Positions 41,827-51,303 are shown, counted from the first letter of the stretch. The stretch: 64,000 nt of DNA from Floricoccus penangensis (GCF_001832885.1 NZ_MKIQ01000001.1:37017-101016), one strand, 5' to 3'. The notes: generated from the sequence alone by a model not told the origin. Translations and numbers: made by a program.

Positions 41827-42540
41827 ATGGCTTTTTTTAAAAATTTGTTTGTAAAAACTCCAAAGACAATAAAAACAGGAGTACATTGTCCGGCAATTTT
41901 TATTCCAGGGAGCTCTGCAGGTAAAAATCGCTTTGATTTAACCTTCAAAATGATGAATATAAATCCCAAGAATGTTCTTAAACTTGTTGTAAACTCAAAT
42001 AAAGTTATCTCGACAACGGGAGTTTTCAAAGGCTATGTAGTCATAGCTTTTGAAAATAACCGTGATGGTTATGAAAATATTAAAGAACAAGCTCGATTAT
42101 TGGATGCAGCATTCGCATATCTAGTTTCGCGCTTTGATTTTGAGGAATTTAATGCAGTAGGTCACTCCAATGGAGGACTAAACTGGACCATTTTCTTAGA
42201 AAAATATTTTGGAAATTATGATAAGACAGTTCTTAATTTGGTTACAATTGGTACACCTTTCAACCTTGATAGAAAAGATGGGAAGAAAACACCAATGCTT
42301 ATTGATCTGATAAGAGAAAAGAATAATATTCCTAAAAATCTTAGAGTCCATGCAATAGCAGGCTTAGATGATGGGATAGTTGCTAATAGAAGTGCTTGGG
42401 CTAGTAAAGATATTTTCTACAAGACAGTTGCAGATTTTACTGAACTAAATGTTTCAGGCCTTACAAGTTATCATTCAGCTTTACCTCAAAATCAACTAAT
42501 AGTTGATTCATTGACTTCAATACTAAGAATACCTCAATAA
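41827..42540 (+). CDS. Alpha/beta-hydrolase (DUF915-type cell-surface hydrolase), 237 aa, co-transcribed with dlt
   Basis: Nucleophile elbow GHSNGG; 13-nt gap after dltD with RBS AAAGGGGA. Confidence 0.6.
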   Translation: MAFFKNLFVKTPKTIKTGVHCPAIFIPGSSAGKNRFDLTFKMMNINPKNVLKLVVNSNKVISTTGVFKGYVVIAFENNRDGYENIKEQARLLDAAFAYLVSRFDFEEFNAVGHSNGGLNWTIFLEKYFGNYDKTVLNLVTIGTPFNLDRKDGKKTPMLIDLIREKNNIPKNLRVHAIAGLDDGIVANRSAWASKDIFYKTVADFTELNVSGLTSYHSALPQNQLIVDSLTSILRIPQ

Positions 42541-42632
42541 TATATGAGGTATTTTTTATAAAAAATAATATGGCTTTACATTCCTAATCTAACACAAGCA
42601 TGTGATTATATAATATAAATCGGAGGAAAATA

Positions 42633-43046
42633 ATGAAAAGTAGATTTTTGGTCCCTATCTTAACCCTAGGAACAATCGTTCTTCTTGTGTTTGCATTTTT
42701 TACTTTTTATCAAAATAAGAATGAAATTGTTGACCGTATAAATCCGTTAATGAAAATGACCTATGGATATGCTACACTTCCACCCGAAGTAACCTATAAT
42801 GGTGGAAAAGCCTACGTAGAAAAGTCTAGTCAAACACAAATTCCAGACAATTATGTAGAACCTGTCTATGATAAAGCAGGAAAGAAACCTCATACTTTAA
42901 CTTTTTCGGGAGGACAATCACCAGAAGGTAAAAATTATGGTAAGTTGGAACATAAAGGTACTTACGTGAAATATTTAGAGTTTGTATCTTGGGATGAGAT
43001 ACCTAAAGATTTACAAAAAGTTATGAACAAGGAATATAAAAAGTAA
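42633..43046 (+). CDS. Membrane-anchored small protein (YxeA/DUF1093-like), 137 aa
   Basis: Single N-terminal TM and K-rich ectodomain. Family assignment is from memory only. Confidence 0.35.
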   Translation: MKSRFLVPILTLGTIVLLVFAFFTFYQNKNEIVDRINPLMKMTYGYATLPPEVTYNGGKAYVEKSSQTQIPDNYVEPVYDKAGKKPHTLTFSGGQSPEGKNYGKLEHKGTYVKYLEFVSWDEIPKDLQKVMNKEYKK

Positions 43047-43144
43047 TATTTTGGACAAATTGGACATAGTGAGTTAAACTTGAGGCTACAATATTAATTA
43101 AATTAATTGATAGATGTTGTAAATAAATTTCAAAGGTGGTAAAA

Positions 43145-43738
43145 ATGAAATTTTTACGTGATTGGGGTATATTTATACTTATTTTAGCCCTATACTTTCT
43201 ATCTCGAATCTTTTTATGGGCACCTGTCATAGTGTCGGGACCTTCAATGGATCCTACTTTAGCAGATGGTCAACGTCTAATTCTCCTTAAAACGGAAAGA
43301 TTGGAGCGTTTCGATATAGTAGTCGCAGAAGAAACCGATGATAATGGCGATAAGAAGGATATAATCAAGAGAATTGTTGGATTACCAGTAGATAAAATTT
43401 CTTATAAAGATGATACTTTGACTATTAATGGTCAAAAGTATGATGAACCGTATTTAGATGACTACAAACAAAAACTTAGAACAGAAAAGCTACAAAAAGA
43501 ATACTCATTTAATAGTGAATTTCAAGAGTGGGCAAGAGAAACCAAATATTTTACTTTGGATAAAGATGCTAACTCAGAATTTGAAGTAACTGTACCCGAA
43601 GGACAATATTATTTACTTGGAGATAACCGATTAATCTCGGAAGACAGTCGAAGAATAGGTTCTGTTAATAAAAAAGATATTTTAGGTAAAGTCAAATTTA
43701 GAGTATGGCCATTTAAATCAATTGGAACAGTAAACTAA
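43145..43738 (+). CDS. Signal peptidase I, 198 aa
   Basis: SGPSMDPTL (Ser box), KRIVGLPVD (Lys box) and GDNR. Start ATG 43145 with RBS AAAGGTGG. Confidence 0.85.
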   Translation: MKFLRDWGIFILILALYFLSRIFLWAPVIVSGPSMDPTLADGQRLILLKTERLERFDIVVAEETDDNGDKKDIIKRIVGLPVDKISYKDDTLTINGQKYDEPYLDDYKQKLRTEKLQKEYSFNSEFQEWARETKYFTLDKDANSEFEVTVPEGQYYLLGDNRLISEDSRRIGSVNKKDILGKVKFRVWPFKSIGTVN

Positions 43739-43770
43739 CTTAATTGATTTTAGATCAAGAAATCTTTAGA

Positions 43771-43799
43771 TTGACAGGTATGTAGATTACTTATATAAT
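43771..43799 (+). promoter_or_regulatory. Consensus sigma-A promoter TTGACA-N17-TATAAT for the trpS leader
   Basis: Exact hexamers at 43771..43776 and 43794..43799. Confidence 0.7.
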
Positions 43800-43805
43800 T
43801 TATAT

Positions 43806-44060
43806 TAATAAGAGCGAAGAAAAGTAGCATTTGGAATGATTTCAGAGAATTGGCGGGTAGTGCGAGTCAATATCATAAAAAGTGTGAATGGGCTTTGCTT
43901 AAAATCATGATTTGAAAAAATAAAAATCACGGTAGTCACCGATATCAGACAATTGTTTTGTAAGACAATTAGAGGGAATAGATATGTTCCGAATTGTGGT
44001 GGTACCGTGTCGTGAGACGCCCGCATATAGATTATTAATCTATATGCGGTTTTTTGTTTT
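43806..44060 (+). promoter_or_regulatory. T-box riboswitch leader of trpS
   Basis: T-box core GAATTGTGGTGGTACCGTGTCG (43991..44012) overlaps the 5' arm of the terminator CGCATATAGATTattaATCTATATGCGGTTTTTTG (44019..44056). Upstream AGAGA-containing stem-I region. Confidence 0.75.
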
Positions 44061-44105
44061 TCGAATCGAAGAACTTAATTATTATTTATTTATAAGGAGA
44101 AGAAG

Positions 44106-45134
44106 ATGACATCAAAAAAAATTATTTTAACAGGTGATAGACCAACAGGTAAACTTCATATTGGTCATTATGTTGGTTCATTACGTAACCGAGTACTTTT
44201 ACAAAATCAAGGTAAATATGATTTATTTGTCTTTCTAGCTGACCAACAAGCATTGACAGACCATGCAAAAGAGCCTCAAAAGATTATTGAAAGTGTTGGG
44301 GAAGTGGCACTTGATTACTTGGCAGCAGGTCTTGATCCTTCTAAATCAACTATCTTTATTCAAAGCCAAATTCCAGAACTTGCTGAGCTTTCTATGTATT
44401 TTATGAACTTAGTTAGTCTTGCTCGTTTGGAACGTAATCCAACAGTAAAAACGGAAATTTCTCAAAAGGGATTTGGAGAAAGTATTCCAGCAGGTTTCTT
44501 GGTTTATCCAGTATCTCAAGCAGCTGACATTACTGCATTTAAGGCTAATCTTGTTCCAGTTGGTAATGACCAAAAGCCAATGATTGAACAGACTCGTGAG
44601 ATTGTTCGTTCATTCAATAACGCTTATGATACTGATGTATTAGTTGAACCAGAAGGAATTTATCCGGATAATGAAGCAGCAGGACGTCTACCTGGACTTG
44701 ATGGTAACGCTAAGATGTCTAAATCATTAAATAATGGTATTTACCTATCAGATGATATTGATACGCTTCAGAAGAAAGTTATGAGCATGTATACTGATCC
44801 TAATCATATTCGTGTTGAAGATCCAGGACAAGTTGAAGGTAATATGGTATTCCATTATCTAGATGTCTTCGGAAATGCTGATGATGCTCAAAAAATTGCT
44901 GAGATGAAAGAACAATATGCAGCTGGTGGTCTTGGGGATGTTAAAACTAAGCGTTATTTACTAGAAGTTCTAGATCGTGAGTTAGGACCAATACGTGAAC
45001 GTCGCTTAGAATATGCTAAAGATATGGGACAAGTTTACCAAATGCTTAAAGATGGTAGTGAAAAAGCCCAAGCAGTTGCTGCTAATACGCTTGATGAAGT
45101 AAAAGATGCAATGGGATTAAATTATTTTAAGTAA
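44106..45134 (+). CDS. trpS: Tryptophan--tRNA ligase, 342 aa
   Basis: Class I HIGH (TGKLHIGHY) and KMSKS (KMSKS) motifs. Confidence 0.9.
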   Translation: MTSKKIILTGDRPTGKLHIGHYVGSLRNRVLLQNQGKYDLFVFLADQQALTDHAKEPQKIIESVGEVALDYLAAGLDPSKSTIFIQSQIPELAELSMYFMNLVSLARLERNPTVKTEISQKGFGESIPAGFLVYPVSQAADITAFKANLVPVGNDQKPMIEQTREIVRSFNNAYDTDVLVEPEGIYPDNEAAGRLPGLDGNAKMSKSLNNGIYLSDDIDTLQKKVMSMYTDPNHIRVEDPGQVEGNMVFHYLDVFGNADDAQKIAEMKEQYAAGGLGDVKTKRYLLEVLDRELGPIRERRLEYAKDMGQVYQMLKDGSEKAQAVAANTLDEVKDAMGLNYFK

Positions 45135-45304
45135 AAAATTCATGCCTAACTATTAATTTGATTATTTAAAAACAAAAGAATAACTCTTAGTAAGATGTGG
45201 ATAGAAAATATTTTCTGTCCATATTTTTTTAGATTATATTAAGATTTTATCCACAATTTATGATAGAATAAAACTCCACAATTTAAGAAAAGAGGTGATT
45301 ACCA

Positions 45305-46621
45305 ATGAAGAATTCTCAGGAGCTAAATCTTAGAGAAATTTCAAATTTTGCAGCAAATATTCATTCGAATTTTAATGAAGGTCATGATTTTGAACATATC
45401 CAAAGGGTAGTGGAGTTAGCTAAGGAACTTTTACAAGATTATCCACAGGCAGATGAATTTTTAGTTTTAGCAGCATGCTATCTCCATGATACTTATGATG
45501 AAAAGTTATTTGATGATAGTATCAAACAAAAAGAAGCTGTAAAAGAATTTCTAGAGTCTTTAGGACTTGGTGATGATATTATTAGGCAATTATTTTCTAT
45601 TATTGATAATATGAGTTTTGCAGCCAGTCTGGATGGTAAGGCACCTCTTGATCTTAATGGACAAATAGTACAGGATGCTGATAGGATTGATAGCCTTGGG
45701 CCGATAGCTGTTACACGTGCTCTACAATTCGGCTGGTATCATAATATTCCTCTTTATAATCCAGAGGAAGTAGCTCAGACTTTTACGTCCAAGGAGGATT
45801 ATCGTAAGGCAGATAGTAGCACCATAACTCACTTTAAGGAAAGATTATTTCTTTTAAAGGATATGCTTAATACAAAAAAGGCTCAGGATATGTGTTTTGA
45901 GCGTGATAAATTTATTCGTGATTTTGTAGCAGCTATTGAAGCAGAGTGGGTTATGGATAATCCTGACTTAATAAATGATGAGAAATTAGTAAAAATAAGA
46001 GATTTTGCCTATAACATTCATTCCGAAATTAATGATGGTCATGATTTTAATCATATTAGACGAGTAGCTGGTTTAGCTCAAAAAATTCTAGAGACTTATT
46101 CACATGTGGATAAGTTTACAGTCCTAGCTACGGTTTATCTACATGATTGTTATGATCAAAAGCTTTTTGTGGATAGTTTGGAACAAAAAGCTAAGGTAAT
46201 CGACTTTCTTTCCAAGCTAGAAATTGAACAAGATATAATTGATAAGATAATCTATATTATCGACAATATGAGTTTCTTTGCTAATATCGATGGTCAAAAG
46301 AAATTGAATTTAGTTGGACAAATCGTTCAGGATGCGGACCGTCTTGATAGTATGGGAGCTATCGCTATAAATAGAGCTCTTGAATATGGATGGTCACATA
46401 GTCGTAAATTATATGATCCAAGTGTTAAGCCTCGCCAAGATTTATCAAAGGATGAATATCGTAATTCAGAAGGAACTACAATAAATCATTTTTATGAAAA
46501 ACTATTTTTATTAAGTGACAAGTTGAATACTGAAGAAGCGCGTGAACTTGCAAAAGGTCGTAATCAGATAATGCATGATTTTGTCACAGGTATTGAAAGA
46601 GATTGGATTGAAGTTAGCTAA
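45305..46621 (+). CDS. Tandem HD-domain phosphohydrolase, 438 aa
   Basis: Two homologous ~215-aa halves, each with the H...HD...D pattern (GHDFEHIQRV...YLHDTYD and GHDFNHIRRV...YLHDCYD). Confidence 0.65.
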   Translation: MKNSQELNLREISNFAANIHSNFNEGHDFEHIQRVVELAKELLQDYPQADEFLVLAACYLHDTYDEKLFDDSIKQKEAVKEFLESLGLGDDIIRQLFSIIDNMSFAASLDGKAPLDLNGQIVQDADRIDSLGPIAVTRALQFGWYHNIPLYNPEEVAQTFTSKEDYRKADSSTITHFKERLFLLKDMLNTKKAQDMCFERDKFIRDFVAAIEAEWVMDNPDLINDEKLVKIRDFAYNIHSEINDGHDFNHIRRVAGLAQKILETYSHVDKFTVLATVYLHDCYDQKLFVDSLEQKAKVIDFLSKLEIEQDIIDKIIYIIDNMSFFANIDGQKKLNLVGQIVQDADRLDSMGAIAINRALEYGWSHSRKLYDPSVKPRQDLSKDEYRNSEGTTINHFYEKLFLLSDKLNTEEARELAKGRNQIMHDFVTGIERDWIEVS

Positions 46622-46625
46622 ATAA

Positions 46626-46653
46626 AAAGGTGTGGAAAATCCACACCTTTTTC
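46626..46653 (+). terminator. Terminator AAAAAGGTGTGGaaaatCCACACCTTTTTCG
   Basis: 9-bp GC-rich stem plus T-run; bidirectional. Confidence 0.8.
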
Positions 46654-46666
46654 GTTTATTATATAG

Positions 46667-46764
46667 TTGATTAAAATAGAAATAAGACAAGTCGACGAAT
46701 TGATGATAGAACTAGCGTTCATCGAGATGAGTCAACGATGTATTAATCTATTTTTAAGTGACTA
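46667..46764 (+). repeat. BOX-like dispersed repeat, short form (copy C)
   Basis: TTGATTAAAATAGAAATAAGACAAGTCGACGAATTGATGATAGAACTAGCGTTCATCGAGATGAGTCAACGATGTATTAATCTATTTTTAAGTGACT. Confidence 0.8.
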
Positions 46765-46777
46765 TAAATTAAAAATT

Positions 46778-47416
46778 TTATACATAGAGGTAGACTGAGA
46801 ACCACATAAGCATTGCTGCTGCCATAACGAACAGGTGCCAAACGACGTGGTTGAAGGGAAATTTGACTGTGTAGAAGAAGGCTCCACTTGTATAGACGAC
46901 ACCACCCGCTACTAGGAGCCAGAAGGCTGTAGGATTTAGGGTGTTCCAAAGTGGGACGATCATTCCGACACATAGCCAGCCCATAATGATATAGATGACT
47001 GTTGAAATTTTTGGTACGCTGTCCATTTTCGGTAAGACGATGCTTTTGTAGACGATGCCAGCAATGGCAAGAAGCCAAATAGCTACCATCATTGAAGTTC
47101 CGAGCCATCCGCCGACAGTTACTAGGCAATATGGTGTATAGGTACCCGCAATCAAGAGATAGATTGATGAGTGATCAAATACTTGGAATACCTTGTTTGC
47201 CTTGGTGAAAATTAGGCTGTGGAAAAGTGTTGAAAAGAGGAATAAAAGAGTAAGACACGCTCCGTAGATAGTGAAGGATACGGTAGCTAAAGGTCCCATA
47301 TGAGCACCTTTGATGATTAAAAGCACTAATCCAGCAACTGCTAAACCAAAACCGATACCGTGTGTTACCGCGTTAAACACTTCATTAGTTATTCTGTAAG
47401 CTCTACTTTCTTGCAT
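46778..47416 (-). CDS. Hemolysin-III family (PAQR/YqfA) membrane protein, 212 aa
   Basis: 7-TM architecture with a conserved His cluster (HSLIF, HVVWHLFV). Confidence 0.85.
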   Translation of the reverse strand: MQESRAYRITNEVFNAVTHGIGFGLAVAGLVLLIIKGAHMGPLATVSFTIYGACLTLLFLFSTLFHSLIFTKANKVFQVFDHSSIYLLIAGTYTPYCLVTVGGWLGTSMMVAIWLLAIAGIVYKSIVLPKMDSVPKISTVIYIIMGWLCVGMIVPLWNTLNPTAFWLLVAGGVVYTSGAFFYTVKFPFNHVVWHLFVMAAAMLMWFSVYLYV

Positions 47417-47513
47417 TTTATGCCTCCTAATTTAATACTTTATCCTATTCTACTACTTTTTTGTAGAATTAATAGCTTTAGTATATAATTGAAGCAAAAG
47501 TTAGGGGGAGAGT

Positions 47514-48380
47514 ATGAGGAAAATTTATTTACAATTTAAAAATCAACTAGCAAAACTTGCTAATGCTTATGAAAATATAAATTTATCTTTAAGACGCTCA
47601 CGCCTTAAGAAAAAACTGAATTTAAATGGCAAAGGTGATTTGCAAATCTTTGCTCACCGAGGAAGTAAGTCAAATCGACCAGAAAATACACTAGCAGCCT
47701 TTGAAGAAGCAGTCAGAGTTGGAGCAGATGGGATAGAGCTTGATGTTCATATGACAAGGGACGGAGAAATTGTTATTATCCATGACGAGTCAATTGATAG
47801 AACCAGCAATGGACATGGTTTTGTCAGAAATTTAACCTTAAGGGAAATTCAAAAATTTGATGCAGGATCATGGTTTGACAAAAAGTATAAAAATGAGAAA
47901 ATTCCATCCTTAAAAGAGGTTTTGGAACTATTAAAAGAGTTAGATTTCAAAGGTATATTGAATATTGAGATAAAGACAGATAAATATTACTATCCAGGAA
48001 TTGAAGGAAAAGTATCAGAATTGATGCTTAAGGAAAATTATCCTTTTTCTCATATATATTGTTCATTTAACTATAAAAGTCTTGAAAAATTGCATGATTT
48101 AGAGCCAGACACAGAGTTAGCATATCTAGCCAAGAATGAAAAAGATAGAATTATTAGAGGTTTAGACTCACCATTTGCAAATAGCCTTCATCCAAGAATT
48201 GACTGGTTATATAAAAATATCGATAAGCTTGATAAATCTGAAAAGTTCTTTAGGTTTTGGACCATTAATAATGATTTAGATATTAAAATTGCACTTTCTA
48301 GTCCGAATGTTTTAGGAATAATGACAGATTATCCAGAACGTGCTGTGAAGATTAGAAATGAATACAAAAAAGAGAGTTGA
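47514..48380 (+). CDS. Glycerophosphodiester phosphodiesterase, 288 aa
   Basis: GDPD motifs (HRGSKSNRPENT, ELDVHMTRDGEIVIIHD). RBS GGGGGAG. Confidence 0.75.
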   Translation: MRKIYLQFKNQLAKLANAYENINLSLRRSRLKKKLNLNGKGDLQIFAHRGSKSNRPENTLAAFEEAVRVGADGIELDVHMTRDGEIVIIHDESIDRTSNGHGFVRNLTLREIQKFDAGSWFDKKYKNEKIPSLKEVLELLKELDFKGILNIEIKTDKYYYPGIEGKVSELMLKENYPFSHIYCSFNYKSLEKLHDLEPDTELAYLAKNEKDRIIRGLDSPFANSLHPRIDWLYKNIDKLDKSEKFFRFWTINNDLDIKIALSSPNVLGIMTDYPERAVKIRNEYKKES

Positions 48381-48382
48381 TT

Positions 48383-49183
48383 TCAACTCTCTTTACCATT
48401 TTCTTCAATTTTTCGTGTTTGTCCTAAATCGGTCATTAAATTTGACCATGAATCCATTTGATCTAAGAATTTCTTAGGCTTGAGATGTATTCCAACATAT
48501 TCCTCATATAATTCGTCAATAAAGAGGCGAATTTTCTTTTTCAAGTCATCTTTTAATGAAATGTTTTGTATCTTATTTAAATCAACGTGCATAAAGAGAT
48601 TTGCAAAATATATGACATTTGGATCCAGATGGCTACGTCGTTCATCTTCATTGAAGTGATTAACGCAGAGGCAACCATTGTATTTGAAGGAGTAATCCAT
48701 TGGCAAGTCGGTTCTATGACAAAAGACACATTGTGAAAAATCAATACTAGAGCCAAAGTGTCCCATGATCTGTAATTCAAAAATATTTGTTACTACTTCC
48801 CTATCAAATCCCGAGTCAATTAACTCTAAACTTTTTGTTAGAAATTCAAATAAGGGAATATCTTTAATATTATCTGATATGGATGCATCAGCAAGAGCTA
48901 CTAAGTAACTAGCGTGGGCATTGAGAAAAATATCTTCGTTAATATTTTTGAAAATCCTTACTTCGCTAATATCGTTAATGAATGAAAAACCAGTATCATT
49001 TATTTGAAAAATCATATTTGCAGAAGTTAGTGGCTGAATTCCAAAATTTAAACGAGACTTAGACGGATTCTTTAGGAAAAACATTCTTTTGCCGTGCTTC
49101 TTGGTAAATATTTTTACCAACTTGTCCTGTTCCTTGTAATTTTGAGAGTAGAGGACAAGAGCATTTGATTCCATTTGAGGCAT
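48383..49183 (-). CDS. recO: DNA repair protein RecO, 266 aa
   Basis: N-terminal OB-fold region plus a C4 zinc motif (CVFCH...CLCVNH). Confidence 0.8.
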   Translation of the reverse strand: MPQMESNALVLYSQNYKEQDKLVKIFTKKHGKRMFFLKNPSKSRLNFGIQPLTSANMIFQINDTGFSFINDISEVRIFKNINEDIFLNAHASYLVALADASISDNIKDIPLFEFLTKSLELIDSGFDREVVTNIFELQIMGHFGSSIDFSQCVFCHRTDLPMDYSFKYNGCLCVNHFNEDERRSHLDPNVIYFANLFMHVDLNKIQNISLKDDLKKKIRLFIDELYEEYVGIHLKPKKFLDQMDSWSNLMTDLGQTRKIEENGKES

Positions 49184-49192
49184 AGTTAAACC

Positions 49193-50365
49193 TTACTTAT
49201 TTTCTTCCATATATTCTTTTAGACGACTCATAGCTGTTTCAATAGTTTCCATGCTAGCAGCATAGCTAAGACGTACATATCCTTCACCTAGTTTACCAAA
49301 AGCACTTCCCGGTATAAAAGCTACTTGTTTCTTTTGAGCAAAATCTAATAAGAATTTAAATGAATTTTGTTCATACCCAGCTGGTATTTTAGCAAAAATG
49401 TAGAAGGCTCCGTCAGGTTTGATGATCTCAAAATCAAGTGCAGTCATTTTTTCTACAATATAATCACGACGCTTGATATACTCCACTTTCATAGGATAAG
49501 CATCATTTTTTCCTGCAGTTAAAGCTTCAATTGCCGCAAATTGAGCGTTAGTAGTAGCAGCAGTAACCAAATATTGATGGGTCTTGATAAGTTGAGCAGT
49601 GATAGCCTCAGTTGCTAGGATGAATCCAATACGCCAACCAGTCATAGCATGTGATTTTGAAAGTCCATTAATGACAATTGTTTGCTCAGGAATAAATTCA
49701 GCAATCGACACATGTTCTTCACCAGTGTAGTTCAGTTCAGAATAAATCTCATCACTGATAACAAAGACTTCATATTTTTTAAGAACCTCAGCAAATTCCT
49801 TAATCTGTTCTCTAGAATAAGTCACACCCGTTGGATTAGATGGGTAGTTTAGAATGATAGCCTTAACACTTTCACCACCATCAATTAGTGATTGTTCTAG
49901 TGTCTCAGGTGTTAGGATAAAATTATTTGGTGTAGTATCAATGGTAGTAACCTCGCCACCAGCCAAAGTAATAATAGGTTCATAACCTGGATAGTTAGGA
50001 GCAGGAATAAGTACCTTATCACCTTCAACAAGAATTGAAAGAAGACTTGCTGAAATTGCTTCAGTAGCACCTACGGTGACCAAAATTTCATTGTCAGGAT
50101 TATAAGATAAATTATATTTTTCTTTCATAAACTCACTGACAGCTTGACGAAGTGGAAGTAAACCACTCATACCTGTGTAGTGACTTTGATTATCAGCAAT
50201 TGCAGCAATACCTGCAGCTTTAACTTCTTCAGGTGTATTAAAATCAGGTTCTCCAAGTGTTAATTTAATAATATTTGGAATCTTAGAAACCTCTTGGTCA
50301 AATTGTCTAATTTCAGAAACAGCAATTTTATTAATATTTTGATTAAAACGGTGTGATAAATCCAT
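49193..50365 (-). CDS. Class I/II PLP-dependent aminotransferase, 390 aa
   Basis: PLP lysine motif SKSHAMTGWRIGF; NP(S/T)NPTG-like YPSNPTG. Confidence 0.8.
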   Translation of the reverse strand: MDLSHRFNQNINKIAVSEIRQFDQEVSKIPNIIKLTLGEPDFNTPEEVKAAGIAAIADNQSHYTGMSGLLPLRQAVSEFMKEKYNLSYNPDNEILVTVGATEAISASLLSILVEGDKVLIPAPNYPGYEPIITLAGGEVTTIDTTPNNFILTPETLEQSLIDGGESVKAIILNYPSNPTGVTYSREQIKEFAEVLKKYEVFVISDEIYSELNYTGEEHVSIAEFIPEQTIVINGLSKSHAMTGWRIGFILATEAITAQLIKTHQYLVTAATTNAQFAAIEALTAGKNDAYPMKVEYIKRRDYIVEKMTALDFEIIKPDGAFYIFAKIPAGYEQNSFKFLLDFAQKKQVAFIPGSAFGKLGEGYVRLSYAASMETIETAMSRLKEYMEENK

Positions 50366-50481
50366 GTTATCCTCCTAGATTATATGATGCTTAGCAATGA
50401 TTTTATCAGTATTTTCAGAATTATTCAATGCTAATTAGTAGACAACAAAAAAACTTCAACAATTGCTGAAGTTTTATGAGA

Positions 50482-50553
50482 TAGTCCGTACGGGATTCGA
50501 ACCCGTGTTACCGCCGTGAAAAGGCGGTGTCTTAACCCCTTGACCAACGGACC
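50482..50553 (-). tRNA. tRNA-Glu (UUC)
   Basis: Minus strand reads GGTCCGTTGGTCAAGGGGTTAAGACACCGCCTTTTCACGGCGGTAACACGGGTTCGAATCCCGTACGGACTA. Cloverleaf with anticodon UUC. Confidence 0.9.
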
Positions 50554-50570
50554 AGGGTAAATATATAGTG

Positions 50571-50632
50571 GTTTAAAATAGATTAATACTTTGTTTACTT
50601 GTCTTATTTCTATTTAAATCAACTACGACTGT
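50571..50632 (-). repeat. BOX-like repeat, minimal form (copy D: two termini only) between the two tRNA-Glu genes
   Basis: AAAATAGATTAATAC...GTCTTATTTCTATTTAAATCAACTA, same orientation as copy A. Confidence 0.6.
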
Positions 50633-50659
50633 AGTTGTGTATAAATCATTAAGATTTAA

Positions 50660-50731
50660 TAGTCCGTACGGGATTCGAACCCGTGTTACCGCCGTGAAAA
50701 GGCGGTGTCTTAACCCCTTGACCAACGGACC
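50660..50731 (-). tRNA. tRNA-Glu (UUC), second identical copy
   Basis: Identical 72-nt sequence. Confidence 0.9.
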
Positions 50732-50882
50732 AAAAACACTACTTGAATAGTATACCCCGATACCCTCTACTTTGTCAACAACTTTTTAGAAATTTTTTGT
50801 ATTTTTTTAAAAAAAGGTTTATAATAATTTTGTCTGCTCTGCTTTTTTATTTTTAAGCAATTTTGCAAGCGTATTCAAGTTC

Positions 50883-50911
50883 TTGAAAATTTAAAAATTT
50901 AATGGTATTAT
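50883..50911 (+). promoter_or_regulatory. Strong promoter TTGAAA-N17-TGgTATTAT (extended -10) driving the sRNA candidate
   Basis: Hexamers at 50883..50888 and 50906..50911 with TG at -15/-14. Confidence 0.6.
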
Positions 50912-50918
50912 ATACACA

Positions 50919-51118
50919 GATAAAGGTACTGGAATGTGCGAATCAGCTCATCTTTTTTGACCGACTAAATCGTATTGCTTTGGGATTCGAAGACATCTTA
51001 CAGCGTGCATACCGAACATCCGGGAGCTAGTCTTAGTAAGAGCGAGAAGCCCACCTTGTCTATTAGGCGGGTTCAATACACGGGTTGATATACGGCATTC
51101 AATCAGTACTTTATTTTT
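50919..51118 (+). ncRNA. About 200-nt structured sRNA candidate (6S RNA-like) ending in a T8 run
   Basis: Has its own promoter. The 5' end (GGTACTGGAATG) pairs with the 3' end (CATTCaatCAGTACT) to form a closing helix, followed by TTTATTTTTTTTG. There is no ORF or RBS, and the size fits 6S RNA. Confidence 0.45.
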
Positions 51119-51133
51119 TTTGAAAAAATATAT

Positions 51134-51161
51134 TGAAATTTATAACTTAAGTGCTATAATA
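51134..51161 (+). promoter_or_regulatory. Promoter TTGAAA-N16-TATAAT for tRNA-Lys
   Basis: Read from sequence. Confidence 0.5.
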
Positions 51162-51190
51162 TTCAAGTAAGCTTATTAAAGTTTTAACAA

Positions 51191-51263
51191 GCCTTCTTAG
51201 CTCAGTTGGCAGAGCAGTGGACTCTTAATCCATGGGTCGTAGGTTCAAATCCTACAGGGGGCA
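51191..51263 (+). tRNA. tRNA-Lys (CUU)
   Basis: GCCTTCTTAGCTCAGTTGGCAGAGCAGTGGACTCTTAATCCATGGGTCGTAGGTTCAAATCCTACAGGGGGCA. Anticodon loop CU-CUU-AA, T-arm GTAGG/CCTAC; CCA not encoded. Confidence 0.8.
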
Positions 51264-51270
51264 CTAAGCA

Positions 51271-51303
51271 GACCTTCTATGAATCCTTTCATAGAAGGCT
51301 TTT
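51271..51303 (+). terminator. Terminator CCTTCTATGAAtcctTTCATAGAAGGCTTTTTTATTG
   Basis: 11-bp stem plus T-run after the tRNA. Confidence 0.8.

Noticed and set aside
43805-44026. 73-aa minus-strand ORF upstream of trpS
   Set aside because: Falls entirely within the T-box leader RNA (T-box core and terminator identified on the plus strand).
46743-47129. 128-aa minus-strand ORF
   Set aside because: Alternative frame fully inside the HlyIII gene (46778..47416), which has the conserved family motifs.
50919-51118. Considered tmRNA, SRP RNA or RNase P RNA for the non-coding transcript
   Set aside because: Too short for RNase P/tmRNA in Firmicutes. Lacks the SRP domain-IV GGAAGCAGC-type motif and the tmRNA GGGG... 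5' end / tag reading frame. 6S-like remains the best guess.
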